Assembly: GCF_021869535.1 (NCBI RefSeq)
Contig: NW_026262668.1
Location: 28,582,001-28,646,000, forward strand
Source of the DNA: Mytilus californianus
Taxonomy: Eukaryota
Direction: 5' to 3'
Length of the DNA: 64,000 nt
Shown here: positions 40,601 to 52,412 of the stretch, in pieces
How positions within the stretch are numbered: position 1 is the first letter of the stretch
Layout: each line of letters begins with the position of its first letter
Notes under the pieces: model-generated
Database searches by the model: none
What the model was told of the DNA's origin: nothing
Seen by the model: only the letters and a program-made list of their open reading frames with translations
Made by a program: the position numbers and the translations under genes

Positions 40601-43274
40601 AGTGATGAGAGATAAGGCTGAGTTATCAGACAAGGCTGATGAGCTGGAACATACAGTGTTACAGCTGCAAGGAGAATCTGAAACTATAGGTAAGATACAG
40701 GGATACAGTTTCAGGGAGAATCTGAAACTAAACCAAAGATACAGGGATACAATTTCAGGGAGAATCTGAAACTAAACCAAAGATGCAGGGATATAGTTAC
40801 AGGGAGAATCAGACAGTAAAGTTAGGAATAAAATTGCTTATATCCTTATATCTAGAAAAAAAGTTTTAAGAACTGTACACATAAAATTCAGAAATGTATC
40901 AGTTAGGCTGCATGAACAAAAATAATTGTTCTTTAGGTTTTTCAAATGTAAAGAGAGGTGGTGAGAGAAATTATAAAAAAACAAATCTCAATGAATCTCT
41001 CGGAGTTAAAACAAAATGAAATGAAATACTTTTGTTTTGCTGAAACCAACAGTTGTTTGATTATTCCAAAACAAAACTGACAAAGTGCTCAATATTTTAA
41101 TTGTCATTGTTCAATTTAAAATTTATTTACATGTATTTATATCTGTCAGGTGAATACATCTCCTTATATCACCACCAGAGGGCACTATTGCAGCAGAGAG
41201 AATTACAGAAAAACGATTATATTTCACATTTAGCCAAAGACAGAGAAGAGATGTCGGTAAGTTTGATGTTTAATAAAAAGTTAGATCTGTAGCAAGACTG
41301 GAAAAATAAACAGTACTTTCATTGAGTGAATTTATAAAGAACAGTTGAATGATAAAAATTGATTTAGGAAAGTAAAAAAAAAATTATTAAGTGCACAATG
41401 CAATTTTAAGTCTAATGACCCAGATAAACAATGGGCTTAACAGTATAATTTGCATATCCTAATTTATGATCCAATTTTGATTTTTAAGGATTTCCAATAT
41501 TTGGTTTGAGTTCAATTGACAAAAAATAGATTTTGAAATACTTGTCTCATGCTACTAATTAAATTTGACATCTTTTAATTTTTCTGTATTATAAGAGCTT
41601 CAATTTTATACAGAAAAGGGGGATGGGAGGGTACACCCACTTGGGTCATCCATCTGTGTACACTTTTGAAGCTACTACTCCATTCCAATGCAACTGACAG
41701 AAAATGTTTGTACTTTGTGGCATTGTTCAGCTATTTTGTTTTCTTTGAAAAGAGCAGGGGCTTTCCAAAAAATGAACTTCACCTACACATAATAATTGAG
41801 ACAACCAGGAAGCTTATGAATTTGTTAGCTCAGCAGTTACTTTACAACTAGAATTTCTAAAATACCAAGAGAATCTTTTGAGTTGCACTGTTACTGTAAT
41901 TTTATGAAATAAACCTATGTTGTGCTGTTATCTTATTTAGTGAGTTTTAACCTTTTCTATCATTATCCAGTTAAAACTGGGAGAACTACAGACACTGATG
42001 ATGCAGTTACTAGGAGAGAAAAATATGTTACATAACTACCATGAAGAATCGTCAATAACTTCACCTGATGTCAGTATACAGCCTCATCTTAGCCAGGAAC
42101 CTATGGTTAACGGTACAGGTATGTTAATGACTGGAACACTTATGTAATTTAACATTTTAGATATTTTAATAAATAAATAATCTGTATTAAAGTTATTATT
42201 AGGGATTCTAATGTTAAAGTCCAAAAAGTACTGCTGATCTATTTGAAGTAGTAATATGTTTGTTTTTTTGCATTTTTTGTAATATAGTAGATATTAGTGA
42301 GAATAACTTGAATTTGTATTTATCTGCAAATCTAAAAAAAAAAAACGGTTCTTACAAATGCATATTATTATAAACATTTCATAGAGTCAATATCATAACA
42401 AACTATCTAACAATCAGATTTACATAATGCAACATTTATGAGTTTTGCTAAGATCAAAATAAAAGGAAGGTTCCAGAATTAAAGAATAATTATCATATAA
42501 AACAAAACTTTGTTAAGAAGGTTTTCTAAGGTGTGATGTTCATTAGGTACTGTAGTTCATTTACTTTCGTGGATACCAATTTTGGTTGATTAGAAAAAAA
42601 TGTATTTTCGTGGATTTCTGATTTTGTTGTTTTGCCAAATTTGATACACAAGTTTTTAGAAAATGTGTACTCTTCTGAACATTTGAATTCTTGGTGAACT
42701 TATACCGATGAAATCCACGAAAATTGGTATCCCAAGAATAATGATGAATCCACAGTATTTTATATCATGATTAAGAGAAACGATGATGATGGGAGTTTTT
42801 AACGACCTTGACTGGCTATACAGCCCTCGCACGGTCGGTAAGAGAAACTATATAGTATATCAGTTTGTCATATATTATTTTCATACTATCAACCTCTTTC
42901 TGTTCAAAGTTGATTTTTTTCCAGATTGGCCAGATTATACGAGTTCTGAAGAAGATTCAGATAGTGAAGTGGAAACAATTGTGGGTGGACAGGAAGGTAC
43001 AACAGACACTTTAGGGGAGGTAACTCCTCAGGACCATATGAACCACAACCACCATCAACATCATCATGAGCATCATAATCACGAACATCATCATCATCTG
43101 ACAAAAGACCAACGAACTGTTGAAAAATCAAAATCTAGTGAAAACACAGAAGGCACTGCCACAAAAATAATGAACCTGTTATCAGAAATAAGTCATAACA
43201 ACTATACTGATCGAACTGTAGATCATAACTTTTTACCTTGTAAATATTGTAAGGGGAAGGTTTATAATGTATGA
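10617..43274 (+). CDS. GOLGA2: Golgin subfamily A member 2 (GM130) orthologue, 26 coding exons, about 982 aa
   Basis: Hand-spliced GT-AG exons with consistent phases: 10617-10664, 14019-14180, 19894-19946, 21269-21304, 22821-22884, 23278-23334, 23907-23987, 24424-24525, 25165-25258, 27933-28039, 28813-28871, 29437-29497, 30680-30853, 31777-31884, 32694-32781, 33358-33499, 34102-34294, 35143-35256, 37208-37366, 38636-38755, 39500-39638, 39938-40017, 40587-40689, 41150-41256, 41971-42118, 42925-43274 (sum 2949 nt). GM130 signatures: N-terminal [87 protein letters not shown]; ends PCKYCKGKVYNV. Small extra exons could have been missed. Confidence 0.93.
10919..11030 (+). mobile_element. Degenerate tRNA-derived SINE head (same family as 60918)
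   Basis: GGAGCCTTGGTGGCTGAGTGG (A-box-like) ... GTCACTAGCCTGTA matches the copy at 60918. Confidence 0.5.
11885..12664. mobile_element. Non-autonomous TIR element, 780 bp, with apparent 5-bp TSD
   Basis: ~36-bp TIRs CAGTCA(G/A)GGATATAACTCTATAGGGTTATTA(C/G)AGAAA; TTAAT on both sides (11880-11884 and 12665-12669); internal CTGTAATAAC...GTTATTACAG hairpins. Confidence 0.7.
12694..12855. mobile_element. Tc1/mariner-type MITE
   Basis: TA-CTGTAAATTCAGAAATTATTGC ... GCAATAATTTCTGAATTTACA(T)-TA. Confidence 0.75.
14181..15140 (+). repeat. 61-bp minisatellite (14 units plus degenerate flanking units) starting at the GOLGA2 exon 2 donor
   Basis: Unit GTAATACACATTCTAATAGACAAAACATAAATGATAATTCTACAGATCAGATAAAATACAG with period 61 from 14287 to 15138. 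Confidence 0.95.
15247..19193. mobile_element. Composite tandem structure A-B-A-B-A (A = 451-bp TIR MITE, B = 1297 bp, period 1748), flanked by AGAT
   Basis: A at 15247-15697, 16995-17445 and 18743-19193, each with 19-bp TIRs GGTCCGAGTACACAGTTAT. B at 15698-16994 and 17446-18742; identical ORF-track peptides lie 1748 bp apart. AGAT at 15243-15246 and 19194-19197. Confidence 0.88.
20292..20624. mobile_element. Foldback MITE, ~333 bp, in GOLGA2 intron 3
   Basis: Arms are reverse complements along most of their length, for example ATTGACATCTGGAATCAATAGCTAGGCGGGGCTTCAGCTTGTATACATTATACT versus AGTATAATGTATACAAGCTGAAGCCCCGCCTATCTATTGATTGCAGATGTCAAT. Confidence 0.8.
20688..21113 (+). mobile_element. 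HINE-like element (TTTTTATGCCCCCGCC family) with two ~161-bp repeats
   Basis: 5' hairpin ATGCCCCCGCC...GGAGGGGGCAT; 3' end GGGGCGTCATCTGTGTCCCATGGACACATTCC; same family as 49657. Confidence 0.7.
25391..27696 (+). mobile_element. HINE/DINE-like element carrying four ~502-bp tandem units
   Basis: Subterminal inverted repeats GCTCACCT / AGGTGAGC, 5' hairpin, (GTCC/GTC)n tract, 3' hairpin AGGCTCTTTAGAGCCT and a T-rich insertion site. Units start at 25481, 25983, 26485, 26987 and 27490. Confidence 0.85.
30838..31250 (+). repeat. 27-bp minisatellite (15 units plus a partial one) spanning the GOLGA2 exon 13 donor
   Basis: Unit CACTAAAATCCATGAGGTATACT(T/C)GAA; one 26-bp unit at 31054-31079. Confidence 0.95.
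33862..34049 (+). repeat. Intronic segment duplicated at 35553-35733
   Basis: TACATGTTCAAATTAGCTCCGTAATGTACC...ATGTAATTTTTT is present nearly identically at both positions. Confidence 0.85.
35735..36761 (+). mobile_element. HINE element (same family as 25391), 5' terminus missing
   Basis: Begins GAAGGGCCAAGTGAGCTTTTCTCATCAC; internal units match the 502-bp unit; ends AGGTGAGCGACACAGGCTCTTGAGAGCCTCTAGTT. Confidence 0.8.
40668..40810 (+). repeat. 44-bp tandem repeat (~3 units) copying the 3' end of GOLGA2 exon 23
   Basis: The exon-end sequence GGAGAATCTGAAACTA recurs in the intron; AGAT(A/G)CAGGGAT starts at 40693, 40737 and 40781. Confidence 0.85.
42550..42755. mobile_element. Tc1/mariner-type MITE (degenerate)
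   Basis: TA-CTGTAGTTCATT..GGATACCAATTTT ... AAAATTGGTATCC..AATGATGAATCCACAG-TA. Confidence 0.65.
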
Positions 43275-46200
43275 GGTCACAAATATTGTAGATTTTAACC
43301 AATAGAATTCATTTAATGATGATCAGAGAGTTGTTGGCATAGGTCAGTATTGACAGACCAAGCTACCTCAGTTGTCAGCGAATATGTCCACTCTGGCAAT
43401 GGATATCAAAAAATTTGAGTGTGAGGGTTGCTTACTTTGGTTATATACCTAGTGAATTAAAGGTGGCTGTGAATTTGCTTTCATCTGTTGATACCAGTTT
43501 TCATGGTTTGCCAGAAAAGCTTTGGTTCATGGGCTTTTAAATTCATGCACATTCCAGGCATATCATGTAGACAGATCATTGGCAAGATGATTATTTTATT
43601 CAATGTTTCTTATGAAACATGAAATCTTTCATGAATAAAAGTAGTTCACAGTATATTCTAAAGTTAGGGACCAATGCTATCTACATATTAAAAGAAAGAT
43701 ACACTATGAGTATTTGAAAATGAATGACATATGAACGCATGAGTGTACAACAACATAGATTTGTAATCTTTTGGATGGGGATGGAGAGGATTCTAGAACA
43801 ATAATTATTGCCTTACTACATTATTAAAGTCATCAATAACAAAACCTTGCATCAGATGAGTGCAATAACATGTTAGAATAATTATTTACTTCAACACATT
43901 AAATGATTTTAAGTAATCCAGTTGTAAAGTTAGTTGATTATGTTTTGAATCCACCTTTGCTTCAGTATTTTCACAAAAATATTCATGTTCATCTGAGAGT
44001 TCTGCTTATTTGTAAACGTTGAAAATAATTGTGCAGATCAAATATTCTTTGTATTCAAGTGCCTATAAGCCCTAGGCTGTCAACATTGATAACAGGTTTA
44101 TTTGTTTGTTTATAATGGAACAATTAACATGTTTCATTTTTTGATTGCATGGTTTAAAGTCCATCATTTGAAGGGTTTGTTTGTTTACCCGTTACATCAG
44201 TTCCAAATTATATAAACATAATTTAGAAAGCCTTAGAAAGGATTACTGTTCATCCGTTGCTAGCATTGGTGCTTCTAAGTCCACTCAATGTTCATTTCAA
44301 TATCATTTTTATGTACTTTGATTCATCTGACACTGGTGGAGGTATCAGTGATATTTTTATCCACTGGGTGAGTATTATAGACCCAGCTGTTAAGATGGTG
44401 AACTGAAAAATGATGGGAAACTGGATTGAATTATTATATCCAGAAATTGATTATCCCATTCCTTGCCATTTGTTTGTTCTTTTGAAAAAGTGGTTTGCTT
44501 TTTCAATTTAATTTCTATATAGAAACTATCCTGTAGCAAACAAAAATGTGTATGCCCAACTTATGCCTGAGTATTTAGGTTTTCAGCATAATCTGTGATA
44601 TTTGTTTATCTATCTATATAACAAAACATCACAAATATAAAAGTGTATGTTTCTTAACGTACAGTTACAGGGAGTGCTCAATGTAAAGATATTTTTAAAT
44701 ATAAAGTCAAATATAATTCCTTACATCATCAAGTTTCCTTTTATAATAAGGCTGTATAAATTTAACCTCTTCTATTTTTAAAGCGAGGTCAAATCTTGAG
44801 TTTTTATTTTAAGATGTGTCTTGTAAAAAAGTTTTCTAGACTTTCACCAATACAATAGCTTTTTAGTCAAAATCATCCGTTTCATCAAACTGCTTACAGA
44901 ATCATTAAATACAGTCAGGGTAACTTTCTTGAAACGGTCACATTTAAGGTAGAATATCTATCATGGTCATCCCCAGGAGCTTAAACAATATTCATTGGTC
45001 TCCTGTTAAATGAAGGGGTATGTTAATGGACAAGTTTTACCAGTATATGATTTTTCAAGAAACTATTTTACCTTTACATGATAGTATCCATAGTGTTAAA
45101 AGTAGTCAGTTAATTTTCACTTGCTATGGCTAATATGCACTAAATTTGAAGAAGAAAAATATTTTTACTAATAAAAGCAAGAAGTTGCATTCTTTAAGTC
45201 TGAAACTGGTACTTGAATATTTATTCCTCTTCTTAAAGTCATTTACAAAATTAATAAAGATATATTTTTGAAACACTTCAATAAGAGAACTTTAACTTTT
45301 TCCCCGGAAGATTAAAAACTGCTGGTCCAGTTACTCCTCAATAGTATTGTTCACAGTAGGTACTTATATTTACTGATTGAAAAAAGACTTGCATGTTTAA
45401 ATATCTTAGATTATGGTACTTGCATGAAAAAATGTATGCATAAAACAGACTTCCAAATATATATATTATATATTAAATGAAAGCAGAATTTTTAATATAA
45501 GGTGTTTCTCTGTTATATTGATATTGAAAAAAAAATTTGATTTCATTGTTCTTGGTTATTGAACAACCTCCTTGTAAAGAATTGTATTTTTCTTATAGCT
45601 GGTCTATTGTTATAGCAGGAAACTGTATATCTTGTTTATATCAAATGCATTTAGGAAATAGATATGTCAGTGTGGATGTGTCTGAATCTTGTTTGTTATT
45701 TATAAGGTAAGGGAGTATGGGTGAGATCTACACAAGAAGATGCATTTACAAATATATACAAATATTAATGGCTGAAAATGTGTCTTATAGATTTAGCCAA
45801 CTATATCAACAAATTATCAATTACATAGTTTAACAATCGTCATATTTATCACATCATATACAAATGCAGAACTCTTTGTGTAGTTACGTTATTGTGTTAA
45901 TAAAAACAGTCAATAAACCATGATTGCAGTGTGATTTATAATTGGTTGTGATGGGTTGCTGTTACTTCTAAATCACATCATTCATAGATTGTATAACAAT
46001 GTAAAAATAGACGGCCTAGTTATACATAACAGTCATCTACATCATTTTCATTTTCGAGTAACATCTTTCATATTATGTCAATTCAAAGGGAGGCTTGCTT
46101 TATTTCTTAATTCTTTGATTTTGAGAAGAAGAAATGTTTGTTTTATTTTAAAAGATATTCATATTATGTTTGACTGCAATGGTGAATATGTTAACGTTTG

Positions 46201-48370
46201 ACCTTGAAAAATTGTCAAGACTAGGGCATCTAAAAAAAAAAAACACTGGTCTTTGAACTTTTAAAAACATGATTCACTTTTTTTAAGAAAACTAAACCTC
46301 TATTTAATATTTTGGGAAGACAAAATAATGGAGTTAGCAATTTTTAAAACATATATTTCATTCTTGAATATCAAGTTGAAGGAATAAGTGATGAATATTT
46401 TTCAAATTCGCTGTTTTCAGAGTTTCCAAATGATGTTATTATGAATAGCCTCTCTTCAATGATATAAATTTGAATTTTATGCAGAGTTGTTTAATAATTG
46501 AAACAATCTTTAGGTATTAAATTCAATATATCTTGAGTGAACAGTGAAATTAGGCCTTATATTCAGTCAAGTTCAACATGAGCAAGTTTGTCAGTGCCTA
46601 ACAATAGAATAGCAATTAATAAAAATAAAATGGATTTACTTCCTGGTAAGAAAATTGATAAACTTACAAATGGTTTATACTACGACATGATGCACTTTTT
46701 TTTACCAGACAATGAAGTTACTGTGTGATTTGGGAAATGAGAAAACAGAAAATTATAATTTATTTAAAAATGGTGAACATAAGAGAATAGAGTTCAGCTA
46801 GAAAGTTGTTTGGAATTTTACTACCAAACAGTAAATCTAAAAATAATAACTTTAAGGGTATGTCATTTAGGCTTCATACATGTCAAAAAGAAACATTGTT
46901 TTTCTTGCAAATTTGCAATATATTTTTAATATATACCCAGATGACAAGAACAACTCATTAAATTATTTCACCCTGTTATCCTCTTACAGTGGCTAGAGAG
47001 GGTGACTCAACACTTTTTTTCTGTAAAAAAATCTTCATAATCTATCAGATGCTTTATAAAATCAAATTTCAATTTGCAAGGAAAAATGTTCAATGGATTT
47101 CTTTCCAAATCCAGCATACATATGCATGGATGGGAATATACATTTATAGTCATTTTTGTATGTCTTGTTTAACTTAAAAGATATATGACATTTTATGTTT
47201 TCTCATTTGCCAATTCCCAATATATTTCAATAGAGTATTTACAGTAGTATGGTGCTCAAATAAATACACAGAGCAGGATGGTACACTTGTTAGCCTTGTA
47301 AGGGGATTATTTGTTAAAACATTTCATTGTTATGTATAAGTATATATTTTCATTATACTATGCATTTTATTTATTTATAATAAAGAGAAACTAATATCGT
47401 TTACATTATTTAAGTTATTTACACAGCATTTAGAATAGCATAGTATTTGTAGGCCCATATCCAGTTAGAGTAGGACAAATGTAAATAGAGACTAGCCTTT
47501 GTTTGCTGCAGTTTATCTTGCCTGGGTAGTGAGGAGTAAATTATTTATTTATTCAGAAATGTCAAATTGGAATGAGCCATGTTGTTCAAATGAAGGCTAA
47601 AATACTGTAAATTCTAAAAATATTTTAATGTAATGATTTTGTTAAAGCAAAAATGCTATGGGATAAATATGCAACTAATTAGAATTAACTAGCATTTTTG
47701 TGTGTAGCATTTCCTTATATCACAATTTGTCCATAGATCAACAATGAACAATATCATTTCTGAACTTAATTATTTATATTGAGAGCATTTGCCTTGAGCC
47801 AAATCACTAGAAACAGTGTCTAAAAAAATAAGTTGTGGTATGATTGCCCTTAAGACAACTATCCGCCAGAGACCAAAGGACCAGGATGTAAATCGGATAT
47901 TCTCTTTCACAAACCCTATTAGGTATACCGTTTTTAAGGGGGTGTTTCTGTTGGTGTTAAAACAGTTCTCATGAAGTTTGTTTTAGTAATCAACATTCAT
48001 GTTTGCTTCATGTAACAATTGTTGCCCTAATCTATAAGAATTTTTTTTACAGTTTAATTTTTATTGAGGTATTATTTCCATAAAATGATAGTAAATTGAT
48101 ATATATGTTTTTTGTAAGATATGCATAGTAGTTTGAACACAAATTCTTACATGGGAGGTGTAACTTGATGAAAAAAATACACATTTTATTATCATTATTG
48201 GTACAATATATTTGGTAGTTCATGCATGGACATGAAAAAATTAACAGCTGGAAGAATACTAATTGGACAAAAAAAAACTGAAAATAAATAACAGAATTAT
48301 TATATTCATTTGGCAAAAAAGATTCTGTATACTTGTACTGCAATTGCTTGAATAACTTTAAAACAGCTTA

Positions 48371-48691
48371 CTGTTACTTGACTGTAAGTGTTGCTCTCCA
48401 GCTATTGCAGTTTATTCAAAATTCTGACCAAAATGCAATTTGTTTTATCAATCTTAACTGTTCAACTGATCAGAAATTTTAACAAACTGCTGTAGAAAAC
48501 TACAGTCCAGTGGTGAAAGTGAAACATGATGAAATAAAGCATACTTACAATCCTATTAGACTTGAATTCCACTTCATTGAAATTTTGAAAATGATAAGAA
48601 TTTCTATACTTTCTTTTATTGTAATTGTCATAAGAAAGGTGATAGTAAGTAATTTTTGAGGTGGAGAGCAACACTTACAGTCAAGTCACAG
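48371..48691. mobile_element. Tc1/mariner-type MITE, 321 bp
   Basis: ~30-bp TIRs CTGTTACTTGACTGTAAGTGTTGCTCTCCA / TGGAGAGCAACACTTACAGTCAAGTCACAG with TA on both sides; another end of this family at ~27718. Confidence 0.75.
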
Positions 48692-49071
48692 TAAGATGTC
48701 TCGAGCATGAAACTCAATACCTATATTTAAAAACCTATAACATTCAATCTAACATTAAAATAACTCAATATATTTCAACAAAAACTGTTATACATGTTCA
48801 AAATTTGTTCAATTTTGATAAATAGATATAAACAGTATAATACAGTCAATTTTGACCTCTGCCATGACATTTAATCATCTGTTATTTTTCTATTGACACA
48901 CTGATCTTTTTCAGGAATGAGAAAATTCTGATTTGTTAAGCAAATTTAGTCAAAGTTCTTTGTCTAGTTCACTTGACCAGAAGACAGTTTTTGACATGAC
49001 AGATTTACATGAAAGAAGTTGTTTTGGAATAGTTGAGCAAACCAACAATGATGAAAGATATAATTACTTGA

Positions 49072-49378
49072 TTTTTAGCTCACCTGGCCCACAGAGCCAA
49101 GTGAGATATTCTCATCAGTTGGCGCCAGTCATCTAACCTTCGTCATCATTTGTTAACTTTTGCAAAAATCTTCCCTGAAACTACTGGGCTAATTGGAACC
49201 AAAGTTGGCCACAATCATCATTGGGGTATCTTGTTTAAAAACGTTTTAGATGATCCTGCCTCTATACCAACATGGCTGACATGGCTCAAAATAGAACATA
49301 GGGTAAAATACAGCTTTTGTCTATTATCTTGAAAACCACTTTAGAGAAAAATCTGACAGTGGCAAAAATGTTGAGATC
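49072..49378 (+). mobile_element. Degenerate 5' part of a HINE (family of 25391)
   Basis: TTTTTAGCTCACCTGGCCC...GCCAAGTGAG followed by a diverged unit (CTGAAACTACTGGGC...CTTGGCCACAATCATC-like). Confidence 0.65.
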
Positions 49379-49656
49379 TACCATATTGGAGAGTGGTTTT
49401 TGTTGAAGATGCACTTATATCCCTGTGCATGACACAGACTCTAAATATAGAGCCTATTATTTTATGCAGGCTGGTATCAGATTGAAATTAAACAACAGAA
49501 ATGAACCTCCTTAATTTTATTATTAAAAGAGCGTAATCATGACCAAGTTGGTATATTCTGTCAATATATATGTTCCTGGTATATTTGAATTGTTTACATC
49601 TGTTTACATCTGTTTCTATGGGCTTTAAAAGTATAATGTAGGCACATGGTTTAGGA

Positions 49657-50406
49657 TTTTTTATGCCCCCGCCGAAGCGGAGGGGTCATTAAGTTTTACC
49701 CTTATCTGTCTGTCTGGACGTCCATACATCCCAAAATTGGTTTCTGTTCTCTAACTTAAGTTTGCCTCAACCAAATGTTATCAAACTTATACAAAATGCT
49801 TATTACCACAAAACACAGATCAAGTTTGAATTTTGGTGGTGTCACTTTAACCGTTCTAGAGTTATGCCCCTTTATAAATGGAAAAATTGCAAAATTTTTC
49901 ATTTCCGTTCTCTAACTTAAGTTTGCCTCAACCAAATGTTATGAAACTTATACACAATACACAGATCAAGTTTGAATTTTTCATTTTTTTCTTCTAAAAA
50001 TATCGATGTCATTCTTCAAGTAATTTTTAAAATTGGAGTTATCTTCCTTTGTCCATGATTATAGTTGAATCAACTACAATCTATGCTTTATACAATGCAA
50101 TGTTTAATTTTGCCTTCCACTGATAAAACACAGATCAAGTTGAATTTGGGTAGTGTCACTTTAACCATTATTGGGTTACATCCCTTTATAAATCGAAAAA
50201 TTGCAAAATTTTTAGTTTCCGTTCTGTAACTTAATTAAGTTTGCCCCAACCAAACACGAATCCTATACACAATACTTATTACCACAAAACTAAGATCAGT
50301 ACAAATTTGGGTAGCGTCACTTTTATTGTTCTTGAGTTATGTCCCTTTATAATGTTGTATGCAAGCGGGGGCATCATCTGTGTCCATGGGGACACATTCT
50401 CCATTT
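49657..50406 (+). mobile_element. HINE-like element (family of 20688) with internal ~160-bp repeats
   Basis: TTTTTTATGCCCCCGCCGAAGCGGAGGGGTCAT start, (GTCT)n tract and GCGGGGGCATCATCTGTGTCCATGGGGACACATTCT end. Confidence 0.7.
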
Positions 50407-50646
50407 ATTTGCATCTAGTATACGTTTTTATAATCAAATTATAGTATGGAGCTTCGAGATTTTAAACTTTAAACTAAAGACAAATTTTCAAAAAAGAGTA
50501 GATTATGGTAGGTGCAAATACAGTTGGATCTGCATAAGCATAAATTCCACAGAAGATAAAAAGATAAAAGATTGATATAATAACATTCAAAATTCACAGT
50601 ACCAAAAAAATAAAATATATTGGTAAAGTGAAATACCTTTCTAATG

Positions 50647-50721
50647 AGTCATACCAGAAGTCCATTACTAGTAAGAAGTCATACCAGAAGTCCATTACTA
50701 GTAAGAAATCCATTACTAGTA
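50647..50721 (+). repeat. 30-bp tandem repeat, 2.5 copies
   Basis: AGTCATACCAGAAGTCCATTACTAGTAAGA twice plus a partial copy. Confidence 0.85.
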
Positions 50722-50939
50722 CATTGAAGACCCATTGGTGGCCTTCTGCTCTATGGTCGGGTTGTTGTCTCTTTGACAAATTCCCCATTTCCATTCTCAA
50801 TTTTATTCTGGTCATACCAACAGAGTAGGTGTGTTTGAATAACAACAAAAAAGCTTCGTGATACAACAAATATTAAAACTTTAGAAGTATTTTTAAAATA
50901 TACCTTAAGGTTTGATGTTTGTTATAACACAAAGCTTTT

Positions 50940-51758
50940 TTTTTTGTCTCCCCTGCGACGAAATGTGCGGAAAACGAGACACAGGGGTTGCTTTTCAGGC
51001 GACAGTGACTGCTGGGGCGGTGGCGTCAACAATTGTTAAGTTTTCTGCTTAAGTTAGTGATAGGAACTACTTGTGATAGATCATTTATATGTAATGTAAA
51101 ATTGTATTACTATCAGTATATATATATAAGTTTGACGACTATTTCGAGGCCCTGCCCCGTAGGTCATGGTCCAGCAACTTTGAATAAACTAGCAATTTCC
51201 AATGTTAAGTTTTCTGCTCAAGTTAGTTTGATAGGAACTACTTGTGATAGGTCATTAATATTTAATATGAAGTTGCATTACTATCAGTACGTATCAGTTA
51301 GACGACTGTTTTGAGGCCCTGCCCCCCCTAAGTCATGGTTCAGTGACTTTAAATTGATAAGCAATTTTCAATGTTAAGTTTTCTGCTTAAGTTAGTTTGA
51401 TAGGATATACTTGTGATAGATCAGTGGAATTTTGTATGAAGTGGCATTACTATCAGTACATATCAATGTGATGACTATTCGAGTCCCTGTCCCCTAGGTC
51501 ATGGTCCAGTGACTTTGAATTAATTAGCAATCTTCAATGTTAACTTTTCTGCTTTAAGTCAGTTTGTGACAGATCAATGATATTTTGTATAAAGTTGCAT
51601 TACTATCAGTACATCTCAGTTTGTCGACCATTTTTATGCCCTGCCCACAAGATCATGGTCGAGCGACTTTGAATTAATAAGCAATGTTGATGTCTATCAG
51701 ATTGTCTTTTTCTGATTTTATGTGGACAGGCGAGACATATCTCTGTGTCAACAGTTCA
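50940..51758 (+). mobile_element. HINE-like element with ~4 internal ~169-bp repeats
   Basis: T-run then GTCTCCCCT start with matching AGGCGAGAC near the 3' end; TTAAGTTTTCTGCT-like blocks at 51036, 51205, 51374 and 51540. Confidence 0.65.
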
Positions 51759-52412
51759 TTTAAATTTTCGTTCACCTATTTTCAGTCTAATTTCTAAATT
51801 TACCAGATGTTGAAACTTTTAATTTTTCAGTGATCCGTTTCCAGTAACATTCTTGATCTGAGACTACTATAACACTAGATAAGTCTCGGTATCGATGTAT
51901 GGTACCGCTTTTTAGCTCTTCTTGACCCGTTTAAGATCATATAAGCTGTTGCAATCCTTCCGTCATCACCATTTTAAAAGATCTTCGACGAAACTACTGA
52001 ATCTATTTAAACCAAACTCTTTGGGTGTATAGATATTATAAAATTAGTAATTGTGATTATCCATAAATTAAGCTCAGAAGTAGCGACACGTTTAAATTAT
52101 ATTGAAGATTTAGTTAGTTTATTAATTTATCCCAAACGAAATTTATCTTTCGTTCTTTGTCCTTTGTAATGTCCCCCTTTGTCAGAGAATATAATAAAAA
52201 CTAACCGGACAGACGTCTATTTGATTTGCCAGATATTTCTATAATAATTATTATATACGTCTTTACAATTCAAATATTTAGTAATCTTGACCATATATTT
52301 ACACGTTATATAAATGAGGACAGTATACAAAAGATACATCATCGGTTATGATAAGTGTAACATACATGTAGTTAAAAAGATTTTAAAACTATATTTTACG
52401 TGAATTTTGACA

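Noticed and set aside
48921-49070. Protein-like ORF (LLSKFSQSSLSSSLDQKTVF..) after an acceptor-like site
   Set aside because: The open frame has a stop just after the acceptor, there is no donor before the HINE remnant, and no family is recognised.
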